Assembly (NCBI RefSeq): GCF_006345805.1
Contig: NC_042999.1
Location: 45,818,001 to 45,882,000, forward strand
Origin: Octopus sinensis
Taxonomy: Eukaryota
DNA length: 64,000 nucleotides
Reading direction: 5' to 3'
A program made the translations under genes and the position numbers. Each line of letters opens with the position of its first letter. The first letter of the stretch is position 1. A model generated the notes under the pieces. That model was given only the letters and a program-made list of their open reading frames with translations, was not told the origin of the DNA and did not search any database. Below, in pieces: positions 50,892 through 63,874 of this stretch.

Positions 50892-51378
50892 ATATGTAGG
50901 GGTTAGTGACAGTAGAGGCACCTACCTATAAAAACAGTGCCTCAGTAATATGTACATATCTAACCCTGTCAGGTATGGAAAAACAGATGTAAAGTAAAAA
51001 AAACTAATGAATTATATATATATATATAAATTATACAATTTTATGTAGAGATTGGTAACTTTAACAATACTCAGAAACAGGCTAGAATCGAAGGGCTCAA
51101 ATTGAGATAAGTTCCAATTTATAATTTGAATGAAGGCAATACCAGTGGAAAACTATATATAAAGTTAAATATATCCAGTCATAAAGTGACCAATGGTTTC
51201 ACATCCATAACGCCCTAAGCTTTACAGATGGTTCACCAGACTCCAATGGCTGCAGGCATATACCCACTCTTTGACCAGACATATTTGACTTCATATAAAT
51301 ACATTAATGCTCTATGTTTTAGAGTGTGCTTCTTCTTTTGGACATATAATCCACCTATGACATATATAAATATATATG

Positions 51379-51409
<31 letters not shown>

Positions 51410-51843
51410 TTGTGTTTATAATTCTTTAGCTGTTAAGTGATGTTTATTGCATTATTGCTTGCAGTTTTTGTTGTTTAACCACAGGCTAATTCACGATGAA
51501 CAGACCTATGAGCAAAGACATTCCTTCTAAAACTCTAAAACTATTTTTTATTTTACATTATCCAGTGTGACTTTCTCGTTTTGAGACAGTTTAATGTGAT
51601 TTGAGGATAACTTGACTGCCATTTCTAACACATTGCGCATTAATGCAGTAGCTTTCTTTTTGACTGGTGTGACTACAGTCGTTGGTTATATTGTTTAACC
51701 CTGGGCTAGCTCTTATCAAGTAGTCCTATGCTCAAAGATAATCCTTGCTTCTTCTTTGGTTTTTTTCTTTATCCAGTTGCAGTTTATCTAAGGTCACATC
51801 AAATGTATGTTTTCCTCTTGTTAATATAATTATATAATATAAT

Positions 51844-52292
51844 TAAGGCAGCAAGCTGGTAGAAACGTTAGCACGCCGGGCGAAATGCTTAGCGGTATTT
51901 CATCTGCCGCTACATTCTGAGTTCAAATTCCGCTGAGGTCGACTTTGCCTTTCATCCTTTCGGGGTCGATTAGATAAGTACCAGTTCCACACTGGGGTCA
52001 ATATAATCGACTTAATCCATTTGTCTGTCCTTGTTTGTCCCCTCTGTGTGTAGCTCCTTGTGGGCAGTAAAGAGATAAAAACCGTTAGCATGCTGGGCGA
52101 AATGCTTAGCTGTATTTTGTCTGCCGCTACATTCTGAGTTCAAATTCCGCCGAGGTCGACTTTGTCTTTCATCCTTTCGGGGTCGATAAATTAAGTACCA
52201 GTTACGCACTGGGGTCGACATAATTGACTTAATCCGTTTGTCTGTCCTTGTTTGTCCCCTGTATGTTTAGCCCATTGTGGGCAATAAAGAAA
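51844..52292 (+). mobile_element. Young head-to-tail family A SINE dimer
   Basis: Two near-consensus, CpG-retaining units (51844-52075, 52076-52292). Confidence 0.93.
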
Positions 52293-53170
52293 TAATAATT
52301 ATATAATTATGATGTGTGATTTGCAGATGATTTGGCTGTTATTTCTAGCTCGTTGAGTGATTGTATAGAGGCTACCTTACTGGATCATGCCGTTATAGTA
52401 ATAGCTGTAGCTGCTATAGTCGAGGCTATTGTGGCTGTAGTCATTTTTTCATCATTACTATTGTTGTAATCGTTGTTTTATTGTTACTGATGTTGCTGTA
52501 GCAGTTGTTGTTGTTGTCAATAATGTTTCTGTAATTGTTGGTTTATTGTCACTTCAGCTCCTGCTGTCATCATTACTTTTGTCAGTATTAGTGCTCTACG
52601 TGTTGTTGCGGAATCAGACACCGAAGCAGTAAATTTGCTTCACTCAGTATTATTATTATTTAGTAGTCTTCTCCCATACACATTCACACACACACACACA
52701 CACGCTCACTCTCTCATATTTTTTTTGTTTGTTTTTAATGTAAGGTTCAAAAAGGTTTACTGATGCTAAATTAAAAAATTAATTCCTAGCTTATCAGTCG
52801 ATACTATACAGTATTTTTTGAGATGAGTCATTTGATATAAACCTAGGTTGTTTGCATCTTATCTTCTGCTTGCCAGACTGTATCCTTTGTGACTTGAAAT
52901 AACAACACCAACAACAACAACAATAACAACTAAAAGTAGTAAGTAATATTGTGGACTCGATGCTATCCACCAGTAATAATAAATATTTATTGATCTGGAG
53001 TTGAGAATATTAGCAATCCAATAAAGTAGAACTTTCATTGAAACTGTCTAATCTGGAGTTTGGATGTTCAAAGCTGGCTGACGAGATGACCAAAATCCAA
53101 AAGAAGTTGATCAGATATTGCAGCTCAGTGTTTTATAGAAAATATAATTTGAACAGGCATGGATGGGTAG

Positions 53171-53480
53171 ATGTGGTGGTGCAATGGCCCAGTGGTTAGG
53201 GCAGCAGATTCGGGGTCGGAGGATCGAGGTTTCGATTCCCAGACCGGACGTTTTGTGTGTTTATTGAGCGAAAACAACCAAAAGCACCATGAGGCTCCGG
53301 CAGGTGGTGGTGGCGACCCCTGTTGTACTCTTTCGCCACAACTTTCTCACACTCTCTCTTCCTGTTTCTTGAGTAACACTGCGATGGACTGGCGTCCCAT
53401 CCAGCTGGGGGGAACACATATGCCACAGAAACCGGGAAACTTGGCCTATAAGCCTGGCTAAGCTTGAAAAGGGCAACATT
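53171..53480 (+). mobile_element. tRNA-derived SINE, family C variant
   Basis: caatggcccagtggttagggcagc...gtttcgattcccagaccgg head, alternative middle, then gcgatggactggcgtcccatccagctgggg and the family C tail. Confidence 0.85.
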
Positions 53481-53504
53481 TATTGACGTATGGATGGGTA
53501 GTTA

Positions 53505-53860
53505 AGAAGTTTGTTTTGAAACCACATGACTTCAGTTTCAATTCCACTGCATGGCACATTGGGCAAAGGTTTTCTTATACGAGCCTTGGGCCAACCAGTG
53601 CCTTTTGAATGAATTTGGTCGATGGATATTGTGTAGAATCCTGTTGTATATATGTGTGTGTGTGCATATTTGTGTAAGCCTTTGTGTTTGTTTTTGACTC
53701 CCTACCACTTGACAACCTGTGCTGGTTTGTTTAGTAGTAGTACAGCAATGAAATAAGTATCAAACTTACAAGTACTGGTGTTGATTTGTTCAAAACTCTG
53801 CAAGGTGCCCCAGTATGGCTGCAGTCCAGTGACTGAAACTAGTAAAAGATAAAGATAAGA
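53505..53860 (+). mobile_element. Family B SINE
   Basis: Head, core, (TG)n and tail ggtgccccagtatggctgcagtccagtgactgaaac. Confidence 0.8.
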
Positions 53861-54151
53861 TGTTTAGGAAGTTGAGTGAGTACTGATGACTGAGTGGATA
53901 GGGCACTAGACAACCAACAGAGACATCAGCAGTGCTTTCGATATCGACCCAGGAGAGTGAAATGGAAGATTTATTGAAGGGAGTAGCAGAGCAGGCAAGA
54001 AACCTTGCCATGTTAGTTCCTGTTCTTTGTGTTCTGATGGCAACACCCGCCATGATATTGTGACAAACTGCATCAGACCATGTCAGCAGGTTTTCCCTCG
54101 GATGAACATTGGTGACACAGAGAGAAGAGACTTGCATATGCATGAGTATCT

Positions 54152-54564
54152 TATTTCTTTATTGCCCACAAGGGGCTAAACATAGAGAGGACAAACAAGG
54201 ACAGACAAAGGGATTAAGTTGATTACATCGACCCCAATGCATAACTGGTACTTAATTTATCGACCCTGAAAGGCAAAGTCGACCTCGGCGGAATTTGAAC
54301 TCGGAACGTAACAGCAGACGAAAAACGAAATACCTATTTCTTTACTACCCACAAGGGGCTAAACACAGAGGGGACAAACAAGGACAGACAAACGGATTAA
54401 GTTGATTACATCGACCCCAGTGTGTAACTGGTACTTAATTTATTGACCCCGAAAGGATGAAAGGCAAAGTCGACCTTGGCAGAATTTGAACTCAGAACAT
54501 AACGGCAGATGAAATACTGCTAAGCATTTCACCCGGCATGCTAACATTTCTGCCAGCTCGCTGC
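54152..54564 (-). mobile_element. Family A SINE dimer with 17-bp TSD and fold-back 5' junction
   Basis: CATATGCATGAGTATCT at 54135-54151 and 54617-54633; inverted copy of the SINE head at 54568-54600. Confidence 0.9.
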
Positions 54565-54651
54565 CTTGCAGCGAGCTGGCAGAAATGTTAGCACGCCAGG
54601 AAGACTAGCAGATACTCATATGCATGAGTATCTGCTAGTCATCCTCTTTTT

Positions 54652-55015
54652 GTCTACAGTGAGAATTTTTCTCCCTGACAAAATGCAATGAATGTCTTTT
54701 GCATGAGCTCGAATATGTCTCGAGAATATAGTTGAACTGGTAACAAGTTTATATTTGCACACATTACTGCTTAGCACTTCTAATCCATATTTTATTAGGG
54801 ACAGGCTGGAATATCATAAGAGAGAGAAACATTGTCTCTCATCAGTTCCTTGTGCCTCCCTTTACAATGATAGTTGGTGGGGGGAGCTTTGAACTATCTT
54901 GGTTTGTTTACACCTATCTGTCTACAGTGAGAATTTTTATCTGTGACAAAATGTAGTGAATAGCTTTCTTATAGGTTTAAATATGCCTCCAGCATATTTA
55001 AACGGGTAACATTTA
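54652..55015. repeat. Diverged ~100-bp direct repeat, period 268 bp
   Basis: gtctacagtgagaatttt...tgacaaaatg.a.tgaat at 54652 and 54920. Confidence 0.7.
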
Positions 55016-56359
55016 AAAAAAAGATTTTGTCCAGGCCTACGCATACATTTGCAGATGCATGGTTGGCATTGACCAATAGAGGCCCTACGAAACTGCATTT
55101 CTATCTGTTACAAAGACATCTACTCATTAAACACCCTGGAGCATTTAACAGTTCCTGCTGGAAGCAAGTCCTGCATAGCTCGAACTACTAAGCTGCTCTG
55201 TTAAATTTTGGTGAATGGCTCGTTAATTTGCAGTATGACCTGTGGAGCTCTGAAGAAGCCACTTCAGTTCTCTAGCGTTACCTAATAATCTTAGCTTGTG
55301 TTGATCTTGGATTTTGAAACCAGTTATAATTATAGGCTGCACATGAAAGTTGGATCTCATGTTAATTATTATACAGATTTTGTACTCTCTACCAAAGAGA
55401 TAATTTTTTTTAAAAATATTTTTACTATGAAATATTATCAATATGTTCAAGATGAATTTTTACTGGTTAAATATATTCCTTCCAAAATAAAAGCTGGGTT
55501 GGCAATTAATGAACATTCTCATCCTCTGATTTTTTTTCCCTGCCATATAATAATAAAAGTCTTTACTGTTGCTATTTAGTCATTAATGACTTCAGTTTTC
55601 AATTAATTCAGCTGTAATGAATCTACATTTTTTGTTTGATCTTTTATTTTGGATGTGGTAGTAATTGTTAGTTAAAAAAAATGGGATGAGGGAAAGCAAT
55701 GTGAATACATCAATTTCATAGAATTATTTGAATCACACACTACAAGTTAACCAAACACCTTGTCTCAGTGAGCTGAGTTATAAGATGTCTTTGCCATAGA
55801 CGTAGTATAGTAGTGATGATGAAATATGAAGAGTTGTCCCAATACACTATCGATCTAGTCAGTCAGATATGTGTCTCAAATTTAATTTTGATGTCACGTG
55901 AAGATTGAGATGTCACAGTTTAGCATAACATAATGACAATTTTCTTTAACTTGATTAAAGATAACTGTTGAAACATTCAATTGACTGCTTTTGGAGCCAT
56001 AATAAATGGATCTTTTAATTACTCACTTGTTAGTATGAATAATGGAAATAAGATTTCGATTAAGAACTTCTCTTTTCTCTCTGACAGCGTTAATGTTCAT
56101 TAAATTTAAAACCTTGTTAAATCTTATCTCTTCACCATTTAATATTATTGGAGCATCACTAAAGTGTTCTTTGTAGTGTCATTGTAACTGTGCGCATTCA
56201 TTTGTCATCTCCCCGAAATATTCTTTTTATTCCCATTCAAATATTGTTGATTTCTTTTGTTAACACACACACGTATTTTGAAGCAGAGTTATTAACCTCA
56301 GCGTATTACTGGGGTGAAGTGTAAAGTTTGTTCCATTGAGATTTGACTTTAGAATGTTG

Positions 56360-56529
56360 GCATGGGTAAGGTTGTATGGCTATGATGTTTGCTTCTCAAG
56401 CACATGGTTCCAGGTTCAATCTCATTGTGTATCACTTGGTGTCAGTGTCCATTACTTTAGTCTCAGGTTGGCTGAAAACCTTGTGAAGAAATATGATTGG
56501 TGAAAACTAAAAGGGAAGCCTGTTTTGCA

Positions 56530-56577
<48 letters not shown>

Positions 56578-56815
56578 TGTGTGTGTGGGTACGTACATGT
56601 CAGTATCCCTCTCTCTCTCTTTTGGAGAGGCACTGAGCAGCTATACGCACACATACACACACGGCAGTAACTTCCACCTACCGAATTCAATCACAAAGCT
56701 CCGGTCGGCTCGGGGCTATAGTGGAAGACACCTACCCAAAGTGCCACGCAGTGGGACTGAACCCGAAACCATGTAGTTAGGAAGCAAGCTTCCTAACCAC
56801 ACAGCCATGCCCGTG
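56360..56815. mobile_element. Convergent pair of family B SINE 5' halves (+ 56360-56525; - 56655-56815); others at 61815-61900 (-) and 62625-62800 (+)
   Basis: Head and core motifs in opposite orientations around (TG)n(AG)n. Confidence 0.78.
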
Positions 56816-58548
56816 CTTATAATCTGTGGGAGTTACTCTACAGATGGGGACATCACCATCTGTGACTGGGCTGCAACTAGTAATGTTTGATGGCATTTCC
56901 TGCCTACAAATCGTCTGCTAGCTGTGCACTTTCAAATTCTTTTGGCATTGAAATTCCCTAACTTAAAAAAACATTTAACCCTTGCTCGCATGGATAAAAA
57001 CAGACATTAAACAAATGAAGAAGCGAAACAAAGAGAGACGATACATTTCGTCAGCTGATTTAACTATTTCTGCTCACTTACTCACTGCCAACTCACTAAT
57101 ATTCTCTTCAGTTATACAGTTCTGGCACCATGCCACAGATGAGATTATGAGGTATTCATACTTTTCCTCAAAAGTGTTTAGTTGCACAAGGAAGAAGAAT
57201 TATCTTTGACTTCGAATCAGACATGCCATAGTGGCATCATAACAGTTGCAAACTTACATCTCTGTTCTCTGGCCTTCATCACCTTTCAATGAAGTATTAT
57301 TAATAGAGGAATTTCATTACTTTTATTCTGCCTATTAATTATTTCATGGCATTATTTAATGTCATTTCAACTTTGGAGATACATTGCTGTCGTTACCGCT
57401 TTTATGTTTACACCTGCATCGGTGCTGGTTAAGCTGCTATTGCTGTTGACATTCTTGTTAATTAGAATCTTCAAACCATTACTATTTAACAATGGATCAT
57501 TTTAGGTTTAGATATTTACCATAATTGATTTGGCCTATATTCTAGAGCTGTTACTTAAATTTGTACATGCTATGCATATCTGATAGTCGAGTGGGTAGCT
57601 CTCACTCACTCACTCACTCACTCACTCACTCACTCATTCGCTCACTCAAATATTTTACATTGTTGCACACAGCAAATTTGTTTTACTGCTAACTTTAACA
57701 TCCTATTACTCATTTTAACAGGATTATTTTTGTTTGTTTGTTACTTATTTTCATATAATTAACAGCAGTAGTGGTGATGATGGTGGTGGTGGTGGTGGTG
57801 GCGGTGATGGCATTGCTGGGGTAGACTCAACAAATTTGATGCTATTTTCAAGAGAATACTGTCTCGAGTTTCTATTTATTCACTGTGTCTATCGACTCTC
57901 CCCAACTATTTGGACTGTATTTAGTTTTAGTTGACGGTTATCTTTTCTAACCTGTTTATTTACTATTTTGAGATATCATCATCATCATCATCATCATTAT
58001 TGTTATTATTATTATTGTTATTATTATTATTGTTGTTGTTGTTGTTTCTATTATGGTGTTGTTGTTATTATAATTATGCTTAGAAATACCTACTTTCTAA
58101 CATAATGTATTCATATTTTGTGATTCACAGAAAGTGTGTAAGAATTTCATGCTTTCATTTCGATGTTCAATGGTAATTATCTCTTGTTTATGTGAGCGAT
58201 ATTTACAGTAACATTCAATTTCTTGATGAAAATCTTTGTAAGTTCTTCTAAACATAGGCTTTTCCATAGCATCAAGGGTTGTAGATTAGCAAAGCTATAA
58301 GAATGTCTGGTTGAATGCCTCGCTTTACTTTATTTGTTCCAGCTCTTTGCAATCTGAGTTCAACTCACACCTTGGCCAGACTTCACTGGTAGACTGAATC
58401 CATTGTCTGGTTTAATCACTAACATCAGCACCTGGCATCTTGGGTGCCTTTAGCAGAGTCCTCACTCCTGGAGGTACCTAAACCCTTAGACTGAGTCACC
58501 AGTTTGGTTATATCTTCCAGGGCTCCACCTGCTTATCTCATTGGCTCT

Positions 58549-59190
58549 GTAATGGTTCATGGGCATTGCGATATGTCCTGACTAAAAACTAGGAGAGGAA
58601 AAAAATACCTGCTCCTTTTTTCCTTATACTTCAAGAATGCTATTGTCTAAGACCCTCATGACTAAAAGATTTAAATGCTTGTTTACTTATCACATCAGCA
58701 TGAGTTCAAGCCTTATCACTACAGCCATTCTGTTGTGTTCTTAAACAAAATATATAGCTTCCTCTTGCTCAAGTTTGCTTTATAAAACTAGTTCCTGTTT
58801 TTCTTTGCACTTCAGTGGTTTGTGATAATAAACAAGCCATAGACATTGTTATATCTCCTGACTAAATATATCTCCTGGTAATAAATGAGTCATGGGCATT
58901 GCTATATCTCCTGATTATAAAACAGGAAAAGGAGAAAATAAAAAACACTTGCTCCTTTTTTTTTCTTATACTTCAATACTCACATAACTGAAAGATTTAT
59001 GTGCTTGTCAATTGACCACATGGGCTTGGGTTCAAATCTTATCATTACAGCAAATCTATTGTGTTCTTGAGCAAAGTATATAGTTCCTCTTGACCAAGTT
59101 TGCTTTATTGATTATAAAACTGGTTCCTGTTTTTCTTTGTAATTCAGCAGTTTTTTGGTAATAAGAAGGGCATAGAGATATAAGAATAAC
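58549..59190. repeat. Diverged tandem duplication, period ~333 bp
   Basis: catgggcattgc at 58558 and 58891. Both units contain cttgctcctttt..ttatacttcaa, a decayed SINE-like head and caagtttgcttta..taaaact.gttcctgtttttctttg. Confidence 0.85.
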
Positions 59191-59456
59191 CATTGCTCTT
59201 AAATTAATCATCCTACCCTATGTAGCATCTAAAAGTGGATATATAAATGTAAAACAAAGCAAACAAAAAAACGAAAACAGCAAAACATTTGCTCAAAGAT
59301 GTGGTTGTATGGTTAAGAAGCTACCTTTGCAACCATATGATTTTGAGTTCAGTCCCACTGACAATAGATTCAGTGTGTGTGTATGTATGAGATGTATACA
59401 TATATGTGTGTGTGTATATATGTTTGTATACGTGTGTGTGTGTGTGTGTGTATGTA

Positions 59457-59945
59457 TCATCATCATAATCGTTTAACATCCGCTTTGTATGCTGGCATGG
59501 GTTGAACGGTTTGACTGAGGACTGGCAAGCTAGGAGGCTGCACCAGGCTCCAATCTGATCTGGCAGAGTTTCTACAGCTGGATGCTCTTCCTAACGCCAA
59601 CCACTCTGAGAGTGTAGTGGGTACTTTTTACATGCCACCGGCATGGGGGCCAGTCAGGCAGTACTGGCATCGACCCTGCTTGAATGGTGCTTTTTATGTG
59701 CCACTGGCATGGGTGCCAGTCAGGTGGTACTGGCATCAGCCACAACAATGATTTCACTTGACTCAACAGGTCTTCTCAAGCACAGTATATTGCCTATGAT
59801 TGAAGGGTACTTTTAATGGGTCAGTTATGAGACACTGGCATAGGCCATGGTTATGGTCTCACTTGGCACAGCATAGCTCCAAAGGTCTTGGTCCCTTGTC
59901 ATTACCTCTGTGTGGCCCAATGTTTGACAGTTGGGCTTCACTGAG
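59457..59945 (-). mobile_element. 5'-truncated RTE copy (older subfamily)
   Basis: VKPNCQTLGHTEVMTRDQDLWSYAV aligns with [25 protein letters not shown]; family D terminus. Confidence 0.85.
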
Positions 59946-59949
59946 TCGA

Positions 59950-59961
59950 GAACATTGTGTG

Positions 59962-59993
<32 letters not shown>

Positions 59994-60990
59994 TGTATGT
60001 ATGTATGTATATGTGTATGTATGTATGTACACATGTGTGTGTATGTACGTATGTATTTATGCATGTATGTATGCATGTATGCATGTATGTATGTATATGT
60101 ATGCATGTATATGTGTATGCATGTATGTGTGTAGTATTGTTATTATTACTATTAATATTATTATTATTATTAGTAGTAGTAGTAGTTGTAGTAGGAGGAG
60201 GAGGAGGAGAAGAGTTAATCTGACTTGTATGAACATTATTCAAATGAAGTTGAACAGTGTAGAAAGTCAGCAATATATCAAATTGGAGACATTGAGGCCC
60301 AAGTAGGAATCCTAGTCTATGCAATTCCATTCCAGCACTGAGGTCACCAAGAGAGATCATCAGAAATTGTGGTAGCTTGGACTGATTCATTTGCGAATAT
60401 TTCCATGCATGAGGAGTGTAGTGCAAGACTGTTTCCGTAACATGCAACTATGTACTATGTTTGTATGTATGGATGTGCATCTCTATATGTGTGGATCTGT
60501 GTCTCCATATGTATCCTTGTGTGGAGTAAAGTGTGTGTGTATATATGATCATGTGTGTCAGTCTCCATTTGTGTATGGAGACTGACACACGTGACCCTGT
60601 ATGCACACACACTTTACTCCACACAAGGACACATATGGAGACTCGGATCCATACATATAGCGATGCACATCCATACATACAAACATGGTACATACTTGCA
60701 TAACACACACACACACTGACATGCACACACAAGGAGACAGAGGTGCATACATATACAAACACACGTTCACACACATGTACACACACATACATAGAAAATA
60801 CACAAACACGGACATGCAAGCACATAAATATGCAGGATACATACATACAGATGCACACACACACAAACACACACACACATACATACACATGCATGCATAC
60901 ATACACACATACATACATGCATGCATGCATGCATAGGCACACACACACACACACACACACACACTGACCCACACACATGCACACAAACAA
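59950..60990. repeat. (TATG)n and complementary (CATA)/(CA)n microsatellites flanking a long hairpin
   Basis: Direct reading. Confidence 0.9.
60442..60701. repeat. ~260-bp inverted repeat with ~6-nt loop
   Basis: atgcaactatgtactatgtttgtatgtatggatgtgcatc...tgtgtcagtctccat-ttgtgt-atggagactgacaca...gatgcacatccatacatacaaacatggtacatacttgcat. Confidence 0.9.
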
Positions 60991-61239
60991 ACAAAAAGGA
61001 ATGCAGTGTAAATAACGGACAGAGTCAAGACTATTGAAAAGTTGCAAGATGCAATGAAAATTTTAGGAAAATAAAAATAAGAAATAAGTGGAAATTTTAC
61101 TGGTGAGTGTGTTACATTATAAGGCACAAAAAGAAAATGACTCTCCCCAGACACAACAGAATATGCTTCAACACATGAACTCATATAAAGAATCTTGCAA
61201 ACCAAATCCAAAACCGAAATTATTATTATTATTATAATT

Positions 61240-61794
61240 GAGTGAGAGAGCAGTGCATGCCATCAAAGTGACACTGGGGTAAAATATACGAAGCCCAATA
61301 TACCCATCATGACTACCCATCTGATAAGGTTACACCAGGCACATATATCACAACCATATGTGCATGACATGGTGATCTCATATCAAGATAAACAGCACAT
61401 GACCTTGCAGGTGGGGCCCAGTTAGAATTTTCTTCAGGTTGAGTAACCCATCCCACTCAAAAGGTCCCTGAATAAGGTTTGTTTAAGGATGTTGAAAGAA
61501 CCACCCATGTTTCAAGAGGTGAATTATTCAAACCCCAAAGAATCCCTCTCAACACTTGGCTATGATGCTCGCCCACTACTTCTGCTTGTGATCAGAGATG
61601 CACATATCGTCAGCCACTAAGGGACATGCTCAACTGGTTAAGGTCAAACAACTGACAAGCAAATCTGTGGTATTGAGCAGAATATTTGCTGTAGCCCATC
61701 TTTTATACCAAGACAAAATAATGTACATGATGACACTTCCAATCAGTTAAGATGAGAAGCCATGAGAGCCACTGCCTGGTACTGCATCAGGGCA
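61240..61794 (-). mobile_element. Family E element, second full copy
   Basis: Reverse complement of 19901-20455, with (att)n on the left and tttattattt on the right. Confidence 0.9.
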
Positions 61795-62142
61795 TTTATT
61801 ATTTATTTGACCCATGGCTATAGTAGAAGTGTATAAAACACTAGCTCACGGTGCCATGTAGTGGGACTGAACCTGGAGCCTTGTGGTTGGGAAGTAAGCT
61901 TACTTGGGTGGTAGACTTAATTTGTCACCCAGCTTAACACCATCATCTAGCACCTTGGTGCCATTTGCAGCATCCATTCTGTTGTGTTTGACCCCAGGTC
62001 ACTTCCCTCCCTCCCTCCCTCCCTCTTACCATTATTAGAAACTTTACAAAGGATCAAAGGCTATGCATTTTCTTCTTGATTAAATGAAAAATATTACATC
62101 TGTATGATTGCTTCTGCAGTTACTACCACCTCCACAACTGCC

Positions 62143-62174
<32 letters not shown>

Positions 62175-63044
62175 CACCACCACCACCACCTTCAGCAATA
62201 TTTGAGTTTTGCATTGACATATTTTGAAATAGAAGCAACAATGTCGTCTTCTTCACATGAATGACAATCATCTCAGAACTATGTCATTCGCTGCCATTTT
62301 TCCTATGCAGGAGCCACAAACGCTTGAACGGCGTTATAAAATTTTCATTTTAAAGGGATTTAGCCTTCACTTTAAAATTAAGAACCACTTCATTTGCAGA
62401 GCGGCTTTAAACTTTAATACCATAATCTGTACAGTTTATAGAACGTTGTTTCCACATATGGAGTAAATTATCATTATCCTTGATTTTTATTTCCTTTTTA
62501 AAAGTATTTCATGTGAAATGCATTGTCGCCAGCTGTGATCTTGTAGCAGCTTTTTCCTTGCATTCACTTTGCCGTATAATCTTCTTGCTGTATATTGAAT
62601 TTTTAAAATTATGTAGGTGTGTAGGTATAAGCAAGCATATAGTTAGGAAGTTTGCTTTGTAATCACATGCCTTAGGGTTTGATTTTACTACGTAATACTG
62701 TGGGTAGGCGCTTTCTACTACAGCCTTGGGTTGACCAATGCCTTGTGAGTGGAATTCATAGCTGGAGACTGTTAGAAGTCCAATATATAAATTTGTGTGT
62801 GTGGTGTGTGTGTGTATGTGTGTTTTTCTCTCTTTCCTTTGAAGTTGTTTGTGCATTATTAAAAATACCACTGTGCGTACAATTGGTGTCATTGATTTAC
62901 AATCTGCCATGAAACATGTGTAGCTAGTGAGTTGTCCATTGGGCTCAGGGTAAATATTACACTGTTTGGAAACAACGAAGGGTTGGTGATTAGAAGAGCA
63001 TGTGCCTAAATATCTTCATATAACCCAAACCATCATGGATGCAT

Positions 63045-63227
63045 AGACATGTGGCCTTGTGGTTTGGGGTGTCGGACTCATGATCGTAAGATTGTGGTTT
63101 CAATCCCTGGATTGCGCAACACGTTGTGTTCTTGAGTAAAGCACTTCATTTTTTCAAGTTGCTCCAGTCCATTCATCTGGCAAAAATGAGTAACCCTGCA
63201 ATGAACTGGCATCCCATCAAAGGAGTA

Positions 63228-63258
<31 letters not shown>

Positions 63259-63826
63259 TAAGAGACAGAACCTCCATCAAGTAATTCAATTAATTGCGTA
63301 GTTGATTTAATCTGTAATATTTAGTATAGTAATTTTTAGTACAATATTAATAATATATTTAAATTTATATTTTATTATAGATAATATCTTTCACTATTAA
63401 TTGAATTACTTGATGGAGGTTCTGTCTCTTAATTATATATATATAATATATTGTGAAATTTGATTTAGTATTACTAAATTGAGTTTTTTTTTCCCCTGGT
63501 GCCTAGGAATTTTATATTCCCTACTATTAATAATATATATATATATATATGCCAGTGCCACCTGATTGGCATCCATGTCGGTGACACATAAAAAGCACCA
63601 ACCAATCGTGGCCGTTTGCCAGCCTCCTCTGACCCCTGTGCTGGTGGCATGTAAAAAGCACCCACTACACTCACGGAGTGGTTGGCATTAGGAAGGGCAT
63701 CCAGCTATAGAAACACTGCCAGATCAGATTGGAACCTGGCACAGCCTCGTGGCTTCCCAGACCCCGGTCGAACCATCCAACCCATGCTAGCATGGAAAAC
63801 AGACGTTAAACGATGATGATGATAAT

Positions 63827-63874
<48 letters not shown>

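Noticed and set aside
51844-53260. tRNA-like sequences (A/B boxes) as tRNA genes
   Set aside because: They are SINE heads that continue into SINE bodies, with no complete cloverleaf seen.
57086-57200. Minus-strand GTGAGT donor and a short plus-strand candidate exon (IQFWHHATDEIMR)
   Set aside because: The minus frame is closed by TAA with no usable acceptor; the plus exon is short with a weak donor and no support.
62311-62462. Plus-strand AG/GT-bounded open frame (EPQTLERRYKIF...)
   Set aside because: No recognisable homology, AT-rich codons and no supporting neighbouring plus-strand exons.
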